58,542 bases of DNA from Candidatus Hodarchaeum mangrovi (GTDB lineage Archaea > Asgardarchaeota > Heimdallarchaeia > Hodarchaeales > Hodarchaeaceae): contig JAEOUE010000121.1 of assembly GCA_016839515.1 (NCBI GenBank), positions 1 through 58,542 of the forward strand, read 5' to 3'. Shown one piece after another: positions 38,712 through 48,525 of the stretch (positions are counted from its first letter, which is position 1; each line of letters opens with the position of its first letter). Position numbers and translations under genes: made by a program. The notes beneath the pieces are model-generated. The model searched no databases, had not been told where the DNA came from, and saw nothing but the letters and a program-made list of their open reading frames with translations.

Positions 38712-38930
38712 GGATAAAAAGTAACTAATATTACTTGTTGACTATGAATATATAGATGAATTTACACTTCTGATTCAACATGAACTATTACGTTTTCTTC
38801 ATATCCTATCACACTTTCTAGAGTGGTGGATCTTATTATCTCCACTTTTTAAACTGAGAAAGGTCAGAGCGGGATTAATTGTTTTATTTAGGTCTAAGAA
38901 TATAAAAAGGAGACTAAAGAAGGAAAAAGT

Positions 38931-39932
38931 ATGCTTGAAAGTAGAAGACTTTATCAGGAGATCCAAAAGACAGTTCCCGAAACAACTTCCATACTGGAAA
39001 ACTATGTCCTGATCACCGCCAACGGAGAATTCTATAAATGTTATTTACACCCCACAGCAGTCGAAAGCTACCCTCAATTCTATGGAGGTTATGAGAATAT
39101 CCATACACAAGATTCTGAACCATTTCCAGACCCATTAGTAGACCATATCTATGGAATAGAAACAAATACAGGGAAAAATTTGTTACTAGACCGATATGGA
39201 ACGGTTTTTTGTACAATAGAGGAGGTAAGGCAAGCAAAAGAGCGAATCCATCCAGAATATCAACAATATATTGAAATATTTTCTTTAAAAGATTTTTCAG
39301 ATCGAGGTTGGTATGATGAAAATGAAATTTTCTTTCATAGAGCACGGTGGTCTTACCTCTGGTATAAATACCAAGTCACTAAAACAATCCTAATGGATTC
39401 TACGATAAGTTATGGATTATTTCTGCCTAATAACATTTTTCACGCTCTATGGGAACGAAAAGTAAGAAAATCTCTTCCTATTAAATCAGTGGAGCATTTT
39501 TCTAGGGATGTTTTCGGATATCGAGTAAATAACACCATCTATCTGGATTTCGAGGAGATAGAAAAAATCGAATTGAAAAAATTGGTGAAATTAATTCCTT
39601 ATGGGTTTAGTAATATTGGAAAACCCCCTTTGATATTTGATTCGGTAGAGGAAGCATTAAAATTCGAAAATATCCCAGAATATTTCAACCTTGACAAATA
39701 TAAAGAAGAATATGCTGAAAGAATAGAACTTGATAGAGAATATGACCAACATCCGATTTTAGGAAGAATTACACTCACTAAAGAAGATCCAACGCTGAAA
39801 ACAAATAAACTGACGGTATTTCCCCATACCTTGATCCTGTTTCGGTTTCTAGGCTTTCCAGCAGAGAAAATGATCATCCCTTCAGATCTGGAGAAAAAAA
39901 TGTTAACTCCGTGTCATCGGATTAATATATAA
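38931..39932 (+). CDS. Hypothetical protein (orphan-like)
   Basis: 333-aa ORF with AGGAG/AAGGA upstream; no recognisable motif. Confidence 0.65.
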   Translation: MLESRRLYQEIQKTVPETTSILENYVLITANGEFYKCYLHPTAVESYPQFYGGYENIHTQDSEPFPDPLVDHIYGIETNTGKNLLLDRYGTVFCTIEEVRQAKERIHPEYQQYIEIFSLKDFSDRGWYDENEIFFHRARWSYLWYKYQVTKTILMDSTISYGLFLPNNIFHALWERKVRKSLPIKSVEHFSRDVFGYRVNNTIYLDFEEIEKIELKKLVKLIPYGFSNIGKPPLIFDSVEEALKFENIPEYFNLDKYKEEYAERIELDREYDQHPILGRITLTKEDPTLKTNKLTVFPHTLILFRFLGFPAEKMIIPSDLEKKMLTPCHRINI

Positions 39933-40308
39933 GACTAGTAAGGTTTACGTAGAAGCAAATCAGATTATGCTTCAAGCAGAATCAGTATAACTATCAGAAT
40001 GAGTGTAAAAATCGACGTAATGGGACCTTGAATGGAATCGGAAGAATAGAAGGGGAAAAAAATTACCTCTAAACTTCATTAGACACCGTTTCAAGTAATT
40101 ATAAGTAAAGGATGGAATACCTTAAAAGAAACCTTTCCTTATTTGATCAAGTAATAAAGCAAATATTCGAATTAGTTGTATTTATTTCGTATCTATTTTT
40201 AAACTCCTTTTCTGGAAAAATTTATATCTCTTCTTGATTTTATTATAGTTTGAAGGTTATTTTATTCTCCAAATCTATTTTGGTATGTTTCTTAAGATGT
40301 GATCATAT

Positions 40309-41508
40309 TTGTATACTTCTCGTGACTATATTAATATCGATGAGCAATTTGGTGCCCATAATTATCATCCCATTGCTGTTGTGATAGCCAAGGCCAAGGG
40401 CCCCTGGGTTTGGGATGTGGAAGGGAAAAAATATCTTGATTGTCTTTCTGCTTACTCTGCGGTTAATCAGGGTCATCTTCATCCTAAAATTGTCAAAGCC
40501 TTAACTGATCAATTATCCCGTGTCGCTCTTACTTCTCGTGCTTTTCATAATGATCGTATGGGTCTCTATCTTAAGCGTCTTTTAGCGGTATGTGGTGAAG
40601 GCTTTGATATGGCTTTGCCTATGAATACGGGGGCTGAGGCGGTTGAAACTGCTATTAAGATGGCCCGTCGATGGGGTTATGAAATTAAGGGGGTTGAGAA
40701 GGACAAAGCTGAAATCATTGTCTGTAATGATAACTTTCATGGTCGCACCACTACTATTGTTGGTTTTTCCACTGATCCTGATGCCTTTACTAATTATGGC
40801 CCTTATACTCCTGGTTTTAAATTGATTCCTTTTAATGATATTCCCGCTCTTGAACAAGCTATTACCAAAAATACTGTGGCTTTTCTCGTGGAGCCTATTC
40901 AAGGTGAAGCAGGGGTAATTGTTCCTTCTCTTGGTTATTTAAAGAAAATCAGGGAAATTTGTACTCAAAATAATATTTTATTGATTTTAGATGAAATTCA
41001 AACTGGTTTCTGTCGTACAGGTAAAATGTTTTGTCATCAACATGAGGGGATTGTGCCCGATGTGATGACTCTAGGAAAAGCATTGGGAGGTGGACTTCTT
41101 CCAGTTTCGGCAGTTGTTTCACGAAAAGAAATAATGAAAGTTTTTACTCCTGGAAGCCATGGTTCAACTTTTGGTGGATTTCCACTAGCCTGTGCTGTCG
41201 GAGAAGCAGCTTTAGAAGTTTTAATTGAGGAAAAACTAGCTGACAGAGCTTTACAACTCGGAGAATTTTTTATTTCAGAACTTAAAAAAATCAGGCATCC
41301 CCGAATAAAAGAAATTAGGGGTAAAGGTCTGTTGGTTGCGGTCGAATTGCATGAAAAATCACGACCTTTTACCGAACAATTAATTAAACGGGGTATTTTA
41401 GCTAAAGAAACGCATGATTATACAATTCGATTTGCCCCTCCGCTTGTAGTTCAAAAAGAAGATCTTGCTTGGGCTCTTGAACATATAAAGGAAGTTTTAG
41501 GCTCATAG
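40309..41508 (+). CDS. rocD: Ornithine--oxo-acid aminotransferase (class III PLP)
   Basis: GAHNYHP, DCLSAYSAVNQGH, MNTGAEAVETAIK, FHGRT, EPIQGEAG, DEIQTG, LGKALGGG, HGSTFGG. Confidence 0.95.
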   Translation: MYTSRDYINIDEQFGAHNYHPIAVVIAKAKGPWVWDVEGKKYLDCLSAYSAVNQGHLHPKIVKALTDQLSRVALTSRAFHNDRMGLYLKRLLAVCGEGFDMALPMNTGAEAVETAIKMARRWGYEIKGVEKDKAEIIVCNDNFHGRTTTIVGFSTDPDAFTNYGPYTPGFKLIPFNDIPALEQAITKNTVAFLVEPIQGEAGVIVPSLGYLKKIREICTQNNILLILDEIQTGFCRTGKMFCHQHEGIVPDVMTLGKALGGGLLPVSAVVSRKEIMKVFTPGSHGSTFGGFPLACAVGEAALEVLIEEKLADRALQLGEFFISELKKIRHPRIKEIRGKGLLVAVELHEKSRPFTEQLIKRGILAKETHDYTIRFAPPLVVQKEDLAWALEHIKEVLGS

Positions 41509-41528
41509 GCTGGACGAATATTTAGATC

Positions 41529-42182
41529 CTACCATTGATAGATTACTAAAAGAAGTATAGCCAATAAACTGGCTAGTATTCCATTGAAAAATAACCACCA
41601 GCGTGAAACATTTAAGGAAAAAGTCCTTCTAGATTCCCATTTACTTCCTTTCTTTTCACTTTTTACCTTCATTTTAAAGGGAAGATGAATTAAGTAAGTC
41701 CCTTTAAGAGCTTTAATCGTTTCTACACCTGTAAGTCCCGAAAGAAATCCTTTTAACAACAACGCTGTAGTATGAGTAATTCCTCCTTTCTTCATCTCTT
41801 TTTCAGGATTAATATTTGGAAATAGATCGAGTAAAAGATGAGAAGAAAATCCGAATAGAAGGGGCGAAAAGATTAATGTCAAGAATAGACTAGGATCATC
41901 AGGAGTAAGAAATTTCTGAACTATAAATGCGCCTGTAATAAAAAGAGGAATTAAAATGGAATGTGTGATTATGTCACGATGTTGTAACCAATTTAATAAT
42001 AAATCCCAATCAGGAGCCTCAGATCCAATTAATGTTAATAAAAAAGCTGTAATTAGTAACACAGGAGTTAGTTCAGGTAAATTAAAATAGTTAGAGTTAT
42101 CGAATAACCAGTATAGTAAGATATAAACCAAAAATACAGGAATAGATGCAAATAAATGCCATTTTCGTGAAGCCAATTTCAA
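41529..42182 (-). CDS. YdjM-like membrane metal-dependent hydrolase
   Basis: H, PDWD, HRDIITHS and SHLLLD motifs within TM segments. Confidence 0.75.
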   Translation of the reverse strand: MKLASRKWHLFASIPVFLVYILLYWLFDNSNYFNLPELTPVLLITAFLLTLIGSEAPDWDLLLNWLQHRDIITHSILIPLFITGAFIVQKFLTPDDPSLFLTLIFSPLLFGFSSHLLLDLFPNINPEKEMKKGGITHTTALLLKGFLSGLTGVETIKALKGTYLIHLPFKMKVKSEKKGSKWESRRTFSLNVSRWWLFFNGILASLLAILLLVIYQW

Positions 42183-42338
42183 ATCACTTCTTGTTACTAT
42201 GTAAATTCAAGTGCAATGTATTACTCTTTAATTAATTTCTCAAGTATCACTAAATCGGAAAGGCTCCTTCAAAATTATTTTAAATAATAAAAAAAGGATT
42301 TCAAATTAATGAATGAAATCAAATAAGGATGACAACTC

Positions 42339-42758
42339 ATGGAAATTAAGATCAAAAAAATACATCCAAACGCCAAAATACCTACTAAACACGACCAAAA
42401 TGACGCAGGATATGATATATATTCAGTTGAAAGCAAAACAATTAAGCCAAAAGAAACAGTTGTTGTGCATACAGGTATTTGTATGGAAATTAAGCAAGGT
42501 TATTATGGACAAATTGAAACACGAAGTTCAATGGCTATAAAGGGTATTTTCACCACTGGTGGAGTAGTAGACGCAGGATACCGCCATGAGATCCTTATCA
42601 TTCTAAATAATATAACAAATTCTTCATATTCAGTCAATATAGGGGATAGAATTGCTCAAATCATCTTTCATAAAGTTAATTTTTTAAATTTAGTCGAAGT
42701 TAAATCTCTAGATATTGATTCGGATAGAAAAGGAGGGTTTGGGAGTAGTGGGGAATAA
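42339..42758 (+). CDS. dut: Trimeric dUTP diphosphatase
   Basis: AGYDI, RSS, GVVDAGYR, GDRIAQ, RKGGFGSSG (all five motifs). Confidence 0.95.
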   Translation: MEIKIKKIHPNAKIPTKHDQNDAGYDIYSVESKTIKPKETVVVHTGICMEIKQGYYGQIETRSSMAIKGIFTTGGVVDAGYRHEILIILNNITNSSYSVNIGDRIAQIIFHKVNFLNLVEVKSLDIDSDRKGGFGSSGE

Positions 42759-42766
42759 ATTTAGGA

Positions 42767-43069
42767 TCAAGCAAGGGTTATCCGAAAATTTTGAGGATCT
42801 ATCCGCTCTGAATGACATTTTGGGCACTTATGTGGATCAGAGATTCTTGTTCTCCCGATGAAGATATAATTACAAGCTTTGCATTTAGCAGGTTGAACCT
42901 CAATTTGTTTGCCCTCTGATCGAATTGTTTTTCTCACAGAATCTAGATCTTGAGTAACAGTCTTTACTGGAAGATTTAATATATCAGCCATTTCTTTAAT
43001 AGACATGGAATGTTCTTCTAACATTTGGATAATTAGTTCTCTTCTCGTTTTCAAGGTTTTATCCTCCAT
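42767..43069 (-). CDS. HTH plus Zn-ribbon transcriptional regulator (archaeal COG3357-like)
   Basis: TRRELII...DL, PAKCKACNY.F...PHKCPKCHSERI; likely start Met at 43069 (ORF track 43243). Confidence 0.8.
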   Translation of the reverse strand: MEDKTLKTRRELIIQMLEEHSMSIKEMADILNLPVKTVTQDLDSVRKTIRSEGKQIEVQPAKCKACNYIFIGRTRISDPHKCPKCHSERIDPQNFRITLA

Positions 43070-43288
43070 TGAATATTTAACATCGTTTAAAAGAAATATT
43101 TTTAATCTAAGAGATTTTAGGTTCTTAGCGGCTTCAATGAAGCATATTATTCTTACTCGTAAAACGCTTTTTAGTAGGTTAATTTTTTGATTTATATAGT
43201 GGATAAATCCCTGAATTCCCTTAAAGCAAGATTTGTAATACATTTTCTAATTTCTTAAGATTACGAAAGTGAATTAAAAGAGTTTTGA

Positions 43289-44650
43289 ATGGTTCTGACT
43301 ATGCTTGAAACAATTGTTATTGGCATTGCATTATTTATCATCTTTTATATTATATTTTTTTGGTTTTATTCAACAGTTAAATCTGAAAAAGATTTTGCAA
43401 ACCAGGTTTATTGGTATTTGGTAAGGCGTTATAAAGAAACAACAATTGTAGATTATGGAGGGATTTCAACTGACCCTATAATTCAATGCAGAAATGCAGG
43501 ACCTTTTAATATAATCGAAGTGAAAGTTGTTACTGACAAAAGCAAAAATAAAATTGATCAAGATATAATAATTAGGGGAGAGGTAGATGGAACTAAATAT
43601 CAGAGAGGATCTTATCCTTCTACAAATCTCAATCTACATCTTGCAAGTAGTTATGTTGGTTATACAAATAAAATCCCATTAGGAGCCGGTATGGAGGATT
43701 TTGATCAGAGGTTCCTCATCTTATCCGATGATCATATTTTCAACAGTCAATTACTTTATAAAACTCATTTGAGTGATTTAATGATGAAAACATTTGATTT
43801 AGAGGGTTATAGTATCAGATGGGAATTAGATGGATCCCCAACAATACAAATTCGGATGGAAACTATGAGCTCGAATAGTTTTATGCAAGCTTTTAACATT
43901 TTACTCGGAACTGTAGGATTATTAACTGAAAAAGGGTTTATTTCTAGACTAGATTCAGGTATCCAATTAAAAGAGGTTAAAATTCCCACCTCAAAAGAAT
44001 TACCTGTATATGAGGATAAAAAAATTGTTATTCCATCAGCAAAATGGGATGTATCGGATGAAAAACAAACAAAATATTCCCAAACTAGTATAGAAAGGCA
44101 ATTGATTACCAATTCTATACCTTCTCATAATGAATCTCAGAGTTATACCGTTAATAATAAGTTAAGCGAATCTTTATCGATAGAAAAAACGCATAGAGAA
44201 TTATTTAACTCTCTTAAATATCAAGCAAAGGATATTATCTATGAAGAAAATCAAGTAAGAGTATTAGGATATTCAAGTACGGTTAAGGAATTTATTTTCA
44301 CCTTTCCAGGATTTGATACAATTCAGATAAATGCATTATCAAATCGACCTCCTACTCAATCATTCGAATTAAAGATTGATTTAAATCAACGTCAAAAAAG
44401 CAGGAACTGGAGTGATCCATGGTCTGGTATAGAAATTAAAGGATCTCCAGAGCTTCTTGAAAAACTTCGGATACGATCAAGTATAGCAAATCGAATACAA
44501 GAGTTTGAAAAGCTTTCCATTAAAGTCCAAGGATTGGCACATCAAAATGTTGATTTTGTATTAACTATTCCACGTAATAAAGAAGGAGTAAACGGTGGGT
44601 ACTCTATTCTAAAGGATCTTATTTGGTTTATAGAAATGAGTTCCTTTTAA
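43289..44650 (+). CDS. Single-pass membrane protein with two similar soluble alpha/beta domains
   Basis: N-terminal TM; two domains separated by a low-complexity linker, each ending in a similar helix. Confidence 0.65.
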   Translation: MVLTMLETIVIGIALFIIFYIIFFWFYSTVKSEKDFANQVYWYLVRRYKETTIVDYGGISTDPIIQCRNAGPFNIIEVKVVTDKSKNKIDQDIIIRGEVDGTKYQRGSYPSTNLNLHLASSYVGYTNKIPLGAGMEDFDQRFLILSDDHIFNSQLLYKTHLSDLMMKTFDLEGYSIRWELDGSPTIQIRMETMSSNSFMQAFNILLGTVGLLTEKGFISRLDSGIQLKEVKIPTSKELPVYEDKKIVIPSAKWDVSDEKQTKYSQTSIERQLITNSIPSHNESQSYTVNNKLSESLSIEKTHRELFNSLKYQAKDIIYEENQVRVLGYSSTVKEFIFTFPGFDTIQINALSNRPPTQSFELKIDLNQRQKSRNWSDPWSGIEIKGSPELLEKLRIRSSIANRIQEFEKLSIKVQGLAHQNVDFVLTIPRNKEGVNGGYSILKDLIWFIEMSSF

Positions 44651-44828
44651 GTAATTAATCGTAACCTAACAAAAGTAAAATTCTTAAACTTCTCTAATTT
44701 CGTCTTTTGTCTTCCAATTGAAACTGTTTTGAATTTTTAAAGGATAAGTTAAATCTTTAGAATTCTTAATAATGTTTACTTTTGGTGTAAATAGATTAAT
44801 TTACTTTTAGTTATTTGGTGAATAGAAT

Positions 44829-46253
44829 TTGAACAATAATATAACAGTGAGAGATACAGGATCTTTACGTTATACTTTACTCATTGGATTAGGTTTCATG
44901 ACTACTGGATTAAGTTGGAGCATGTATAATACTTATGTACCATATATGTTAGAGACAACTTGGTTTCTAAAAGGTCAAACTTACTTCCTCCTCCCAGCTC
45001 TTCTTATTATTGGCTTTATTATGACTTTAGACAATATAGCAGCATGGATTATTCAGCCTTGGATAGGAGCAAGAAGTGATAATACATGGTATCCTCGTTG
45101 GGGTCGTAGAATGCCCTATTTATTAGTTGGTATCCCTATTTCTGCGTTAGCTTTTATATTAATCCCAATATTCTGGTGGTTTTTTCCAGGAGAAGAATTT
45201 TCTCTAGTATTGGGCTCACTACTTCCACTTTTCCTATTCATGATCGTGATTAATATTTTTAATATCTTTATGGCATTTTATCGATCTCCTGTTGTTGCTT
45301 TAATGCCTGATTTAATCCCCCCGAGAGATCGAACTAAAGCCAATGGAGCAATAAATTTGATGGGAGGATTGGGATCAGTAATTGCTTTTTTTGGTGGTCG
45401 TATTATTGTTGGAATTGGTCGTTCAATTGGTGATCCACATGGAACAAATCAGCTTCTAGGAGATCAAGTTGGGTTTTCTTTTGGATTCTTTGTAACAGCA
45501 ATAATTATGGTATTAGCTTTGATCCTCTTACGACTGACAATTCATGAACCGAAAACTCCTTTTGAACATGAAATTAAGGAAGAAGTGAAACTAGCCAAGG
45601 CCTTTAATGAGGTTTTTTCTTCACAAGATAAATCTGGTGTTTTTATTCTGCTTGCTATTTTCCTTTGGTTCACAGGATATCAAGCAATGGAAACATTTTT
45701 CTCTTTGTATGGTGTTTATACTTTAGGGTTTGAAAATGTTGAAGATGTAGCGTTCTATTTAAACGCATTTGCTATTCCTTTTTTATTGGCTGCAGTACCA
45801 GCTGGTTTAATTGCCAATCGTTTCGGTAGAGCCAATACAATTAAAGTTGGATTGATTGGAATCCTTTTAGCTTTATCTCCTATCGCTTTACTTCCAATGA
45901 GGGATATTGCACTAACTAATCAAAATTCTGCCCTTTTTATCATAATCATTTGTCTAGCTATTGGAGGTACTAGCTGGGCTTTAGTAAATATCAATTCTAT
46001 TGTAATAGTTTGGGAAATAGGTGGTGAAAAGCGAGGTGCATACACAGGACTTTATTATTTCTTCTCAATGATGGCAGCTGTACTTGGACCGCCTCTTGTT
46101 GGAATGTTATTGACTATCACGAATAGTTTAATAGGCGGACCTGGTCGTGAAATGGATAATTTGTTTCTAGTTTCAATAATATTCCTGTTCCTTGCATTTC
46201 TAGCCATGTTTAAAGTGAAAGCTGGTGAACTTGGACAACAATTAAAGAAATAG
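44829..46253 (+). CDS. MFS transporter (sugar/GPH-SLC45-like)
   Basis: IGARSDNT...GRRMPY, ALMPDL, about 12 TMs. Confidence 0.9.
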   Translation: MNNNITVRDTGSLRYTLLIGLGFMTTGLSWSMYNTYVPYMLETTWFLKGQTYFLLPALLIIGFIMTLDNIAAWIIQPWIGARSDNTWYPRWGRRMPYLLVGIPISALAFILIPIFWWFFPGEEFSLVLGSLLPLFLFMIVINIFNIFMAFYRSPVVALMPDLIPPRDRTKANGAINLMGGLGSVIAFFGGRIIVGIGRSIGDPHGTNQLLGDQVGFSFGFFVTAIIMVLALILLRLTIHEPKTPFEHEIKEEVKLAKAFNEVFSSQDKSGVFILLAIFLWFTGYQAMETFFSLYGVYTLGFENVEDVAFYLNAFAIPFLLAAVPAGLIANRFGRANTIKVGLIGILLALSPIALLPMRDIALTNQNSALFIIIICLAIGGTSWALVNINSIVIVWEIGGEKRGAYTGLYYFFSMMAAVLGPPLVGMLLTITNSLIGGPGREMDNLFLVSIIFLFLAFLAMFKVKAGELGQQLKK

Positions 46254-46403
46254 ATTAATAATTTATTATGATGAAAAAAGTTTTATTCTCCTCTCCTTCA
46301 TTATATATATAACTATTAAAAAGGAAATTTATCTTAAAAATTATATTACAAATAACCCTTTCTACAGTAAAACTTCATTAAAGATAAATCTATTAAGATT
46401 CAA

Positions 46404-46497
46404 TGTGTGTTGTTTAGCTAATATTACAGGTTATTAAGTAAATTTATGTATTTCAAATAAACTATATTTAAATATAAAAGAGATTGTGTGTTGTTTA
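46404..46497. repeat. 13-bp direct repeat TGTGTGTTGTTTA (46404-46416, 46485-46497) upstream of a Rab-like GTPase
   Basis: Two exact copies 81 bp apart, flanking the palindrome TATATTTAAATATA (46463-46476). Confidence 0.5.
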
Positions 46498-46640
46498 AGC
46501 CTTTAATAAAGATAAATTCGGATTTGACTAAATTTTTTCGAAGAAATTCACTAGAGAAAAGAGCAAACTCTCTAGGAAGTTTTATTAAAATGTCCAACAT
46601 AGATTAAATAAGTAGTAACTAGAATTAAGAGAGGAATTCC

Positions 46641-47252
46641 TTGACAGTTTTAAAAATTGTTCTCATTGGTGATGGAGGCGTAGGAAAGACGGCCATTCGG
46701 GAAAGATATCTTGGAAAGGGATTCAAAGCACAATATCTTCTTACTATCGGCGCAGATTTTGCAATGCGTGATGATCAAGCGAGTGGTATGCCAATTAGAT
46801 ATCAAATTTGGGACTTGGCAGGTCAACAGCGGTTTGATGCCGTACGTGAAGTATATTACAAGGGATGTGTTGGAGCGTTATTAGTTTATGATGTAACACG
46901 CCCTGATTCATATTTTAATACCCCAAAATGGATTAATGAGCTATGGACCAATAATGGTCGTGGAAGAGTACCTCTTGTAGTTGTTGCAAATAAGATAGAC
47001 ATGCGTGAACTATCTGATGATACTGTTTCAGAAGAACAAGGAAGAATTTTTACAGATCGATTAAGCAAACTTACTAAGCCTGAAGGATTTATCTGTAACT
47101 ACATTGAAACATCTGCCAAAACAGGAGTGAATATTCAAAAGGCATTTACTTTACTTGGGGATAACATCATGAAATTTGTGGATAATCAAAGAAAAACTAG
47201 CCGTGCTACAAGTAGATTATCTACCACTTCTCCACAACAACGTCAAATCTAA
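46641..47252 (+). CDS. Rab-like small GTPase with basic Ser/Thr-rich tail
   Basis: GDGGVGKT, TIGADF, WDLAGQQRF, YYKG, NKID, ETSAKTG; TTG start after GAGG. Confidence 0.95.
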   Translation: MTVLKIVLIGDGGVGKTAIRERYLGKGFKAQYLLTIGADFAMRDDQASGMPIRYQIWDLAGQQRFDAVREVYYKGCVGALLVYDVTRPDSYFNTPKWINELWTNNGRGRVPLVVVANKIDMRELSDDTVSEEQGRIFTDRLSKLTKPEGFICNYIETSAKTGVNIQKAFTLLGDNIMKFVDNQRKTSRATSRLSTTSPQQRQI

Positions 47253-47267
47253 TATTTCAGTTTAATT

Positions 47268-47975
47268 TTAGAACAAAGATCGGAAAAATATTCTAATTTG
47301 TTTCATCCCAATTTTTGATTCTCCAAATTTTCTAACATTAAATACATAAGAGAATTCACCTATTGGTGTGTCTCCAGGAAGAACTTTTAATAGGTCGAAA
47401 AGCAATTTATATCCTCTAGGGGAGATAGTCTGAGGATGATTATTTATTAAATTACTAATGAATAATGTTTCTCCTCCAAAATAACCACTCATTATATCTC
47501 TCGGTCGTTGACGTCGCCTGAAAAATAGAGAAAGTTTTCCAAGTGTTGTAGCTCCCCAAGATATTATTTTTCGTTTCAAACTCCATCCTTCAACGCTAGA
47601 CCGAGTTCCAATAACAAGTTTGTTTCCTGCTATTAATAATTTAAACCCTTCAGCGATTTTATCTGGTGGATGCTGAAAATCACAATCAAGAATAAAAAAG
47701 TATTTTGTTTTTACCTCTTTTAAAGCATCAACCACCGAAATCGTTAAACCCTTGATTAGTTTATCTTTTCGATTAAGTAAATAAATGGATGGATTTTTTC
47801 TATTCCATTCAGCTACAATCTCTACAGTTCCATCCGTTGACCCGTCATCAGCTACTATGATCGATATTGGAGGGTAAAATTTAAGCAATTGCTCTATTAA
47901 TTTTCCAATATTACTACTTTCATTTAATGTTGGTGTGATAACTGTTAATTCGGATAATGAAGATAAGTTATTCAT
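47268..47975 (-). CDS. Dolichol-phosphate mannosyltransferase-like GT2
   Basis: PTLNE, DDGSTDGT, DCDFQHPP, DIMSGYF, GYKLL, R..GESK. Confidence 0.88.
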   Translation of the reverse strand: MNNLSSLSELTVITPTLNESSNIGKLIEQLLKFYPPISIIVADDGSTDGTVEIVAEWNRKNPSIYLLNRKDKLIKGLTISVVDALKEVKTKYFFILDCDFQHPPDKIAEGFKLLIAGNKLVIGTRSSVEGWSLKRKIISWGATTLGKLSLFFRRRQRPRDIMSGYFGGETLFISNLINNHPQTISPRGYKLLFDLLKVLPGDTPIGEFSYVFNVRKFGESKIGMKQIRIFFRSLF

Positions 47976-48099
47976 AAATAAGAATAATAAAATTGTTATA
48001 TTTAGACCTTTTTACAATATCTCATAAATAGCATTCTTTAAGAGTTAGATCCATATTTTTTAGCTAAATAATTTTTAGTTTTGGTTTTTGGGATTTTTT

Positions 48100-48525
48100 A
48101 TGAGTTTGAAAGAACTTCTAGAGAAGTTTGCCACAGGATTTTCTGTAAAAGGAATTTATCTTCAAACATCTCAAGAATTAATACCAATTGTTCAGGAATC
48201 ATCAGAACTTTTATTAATGCTTAAAAGACACCCGAATTTACCTGACGGTATTATAAATCTTTTATATGAAGAACAAGAAATTGGAACTCTTGTAGAAACT
48301 CTTGAAAATGGCATTAAACTCATAATATTAACAGATTTTAAGCATATTCAAGAAGTTTCAGCAAATTGGAAACGTTTTACCCCAATAATTAAAAAACAAA
48401 TGGATATTGAGCAGTTCTTGAACCAAGAAAGTGTTGAAACACGTTTAATCAATCGTTTAGAAGATATTAGGATATCGATTGAGAAATCCATAAGCATACT
48501 CAAGGAGAAAATTAATCATGGCTGA
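48100..48525 (+). CDS. Putative divergent Roadblock/LC7 (LAMTOR/MglB-like) domain protein with C-terminal helix
   Basis: Apparent alpha-beta-beta-alpha-beta-beta-beta-alpha pattern (VKGIYLQT, LIPIV, GTLVETL, KLIILTD). ATG at 48100 (ORF track 48088). Fold call is inference. Confidence 0.5.
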   Translation: MSLKELLEKFATGFSVKGIYLQTSQELIPIVQESSELLLMLKRHPNLPDGIINLLYEEQEIGTLVETLENGIKLIILTDFKHIQEVSANWKRFTPIIKKQMDIEQFLNQESVETRLINRLEDIRISIEKSISILKEKINHG

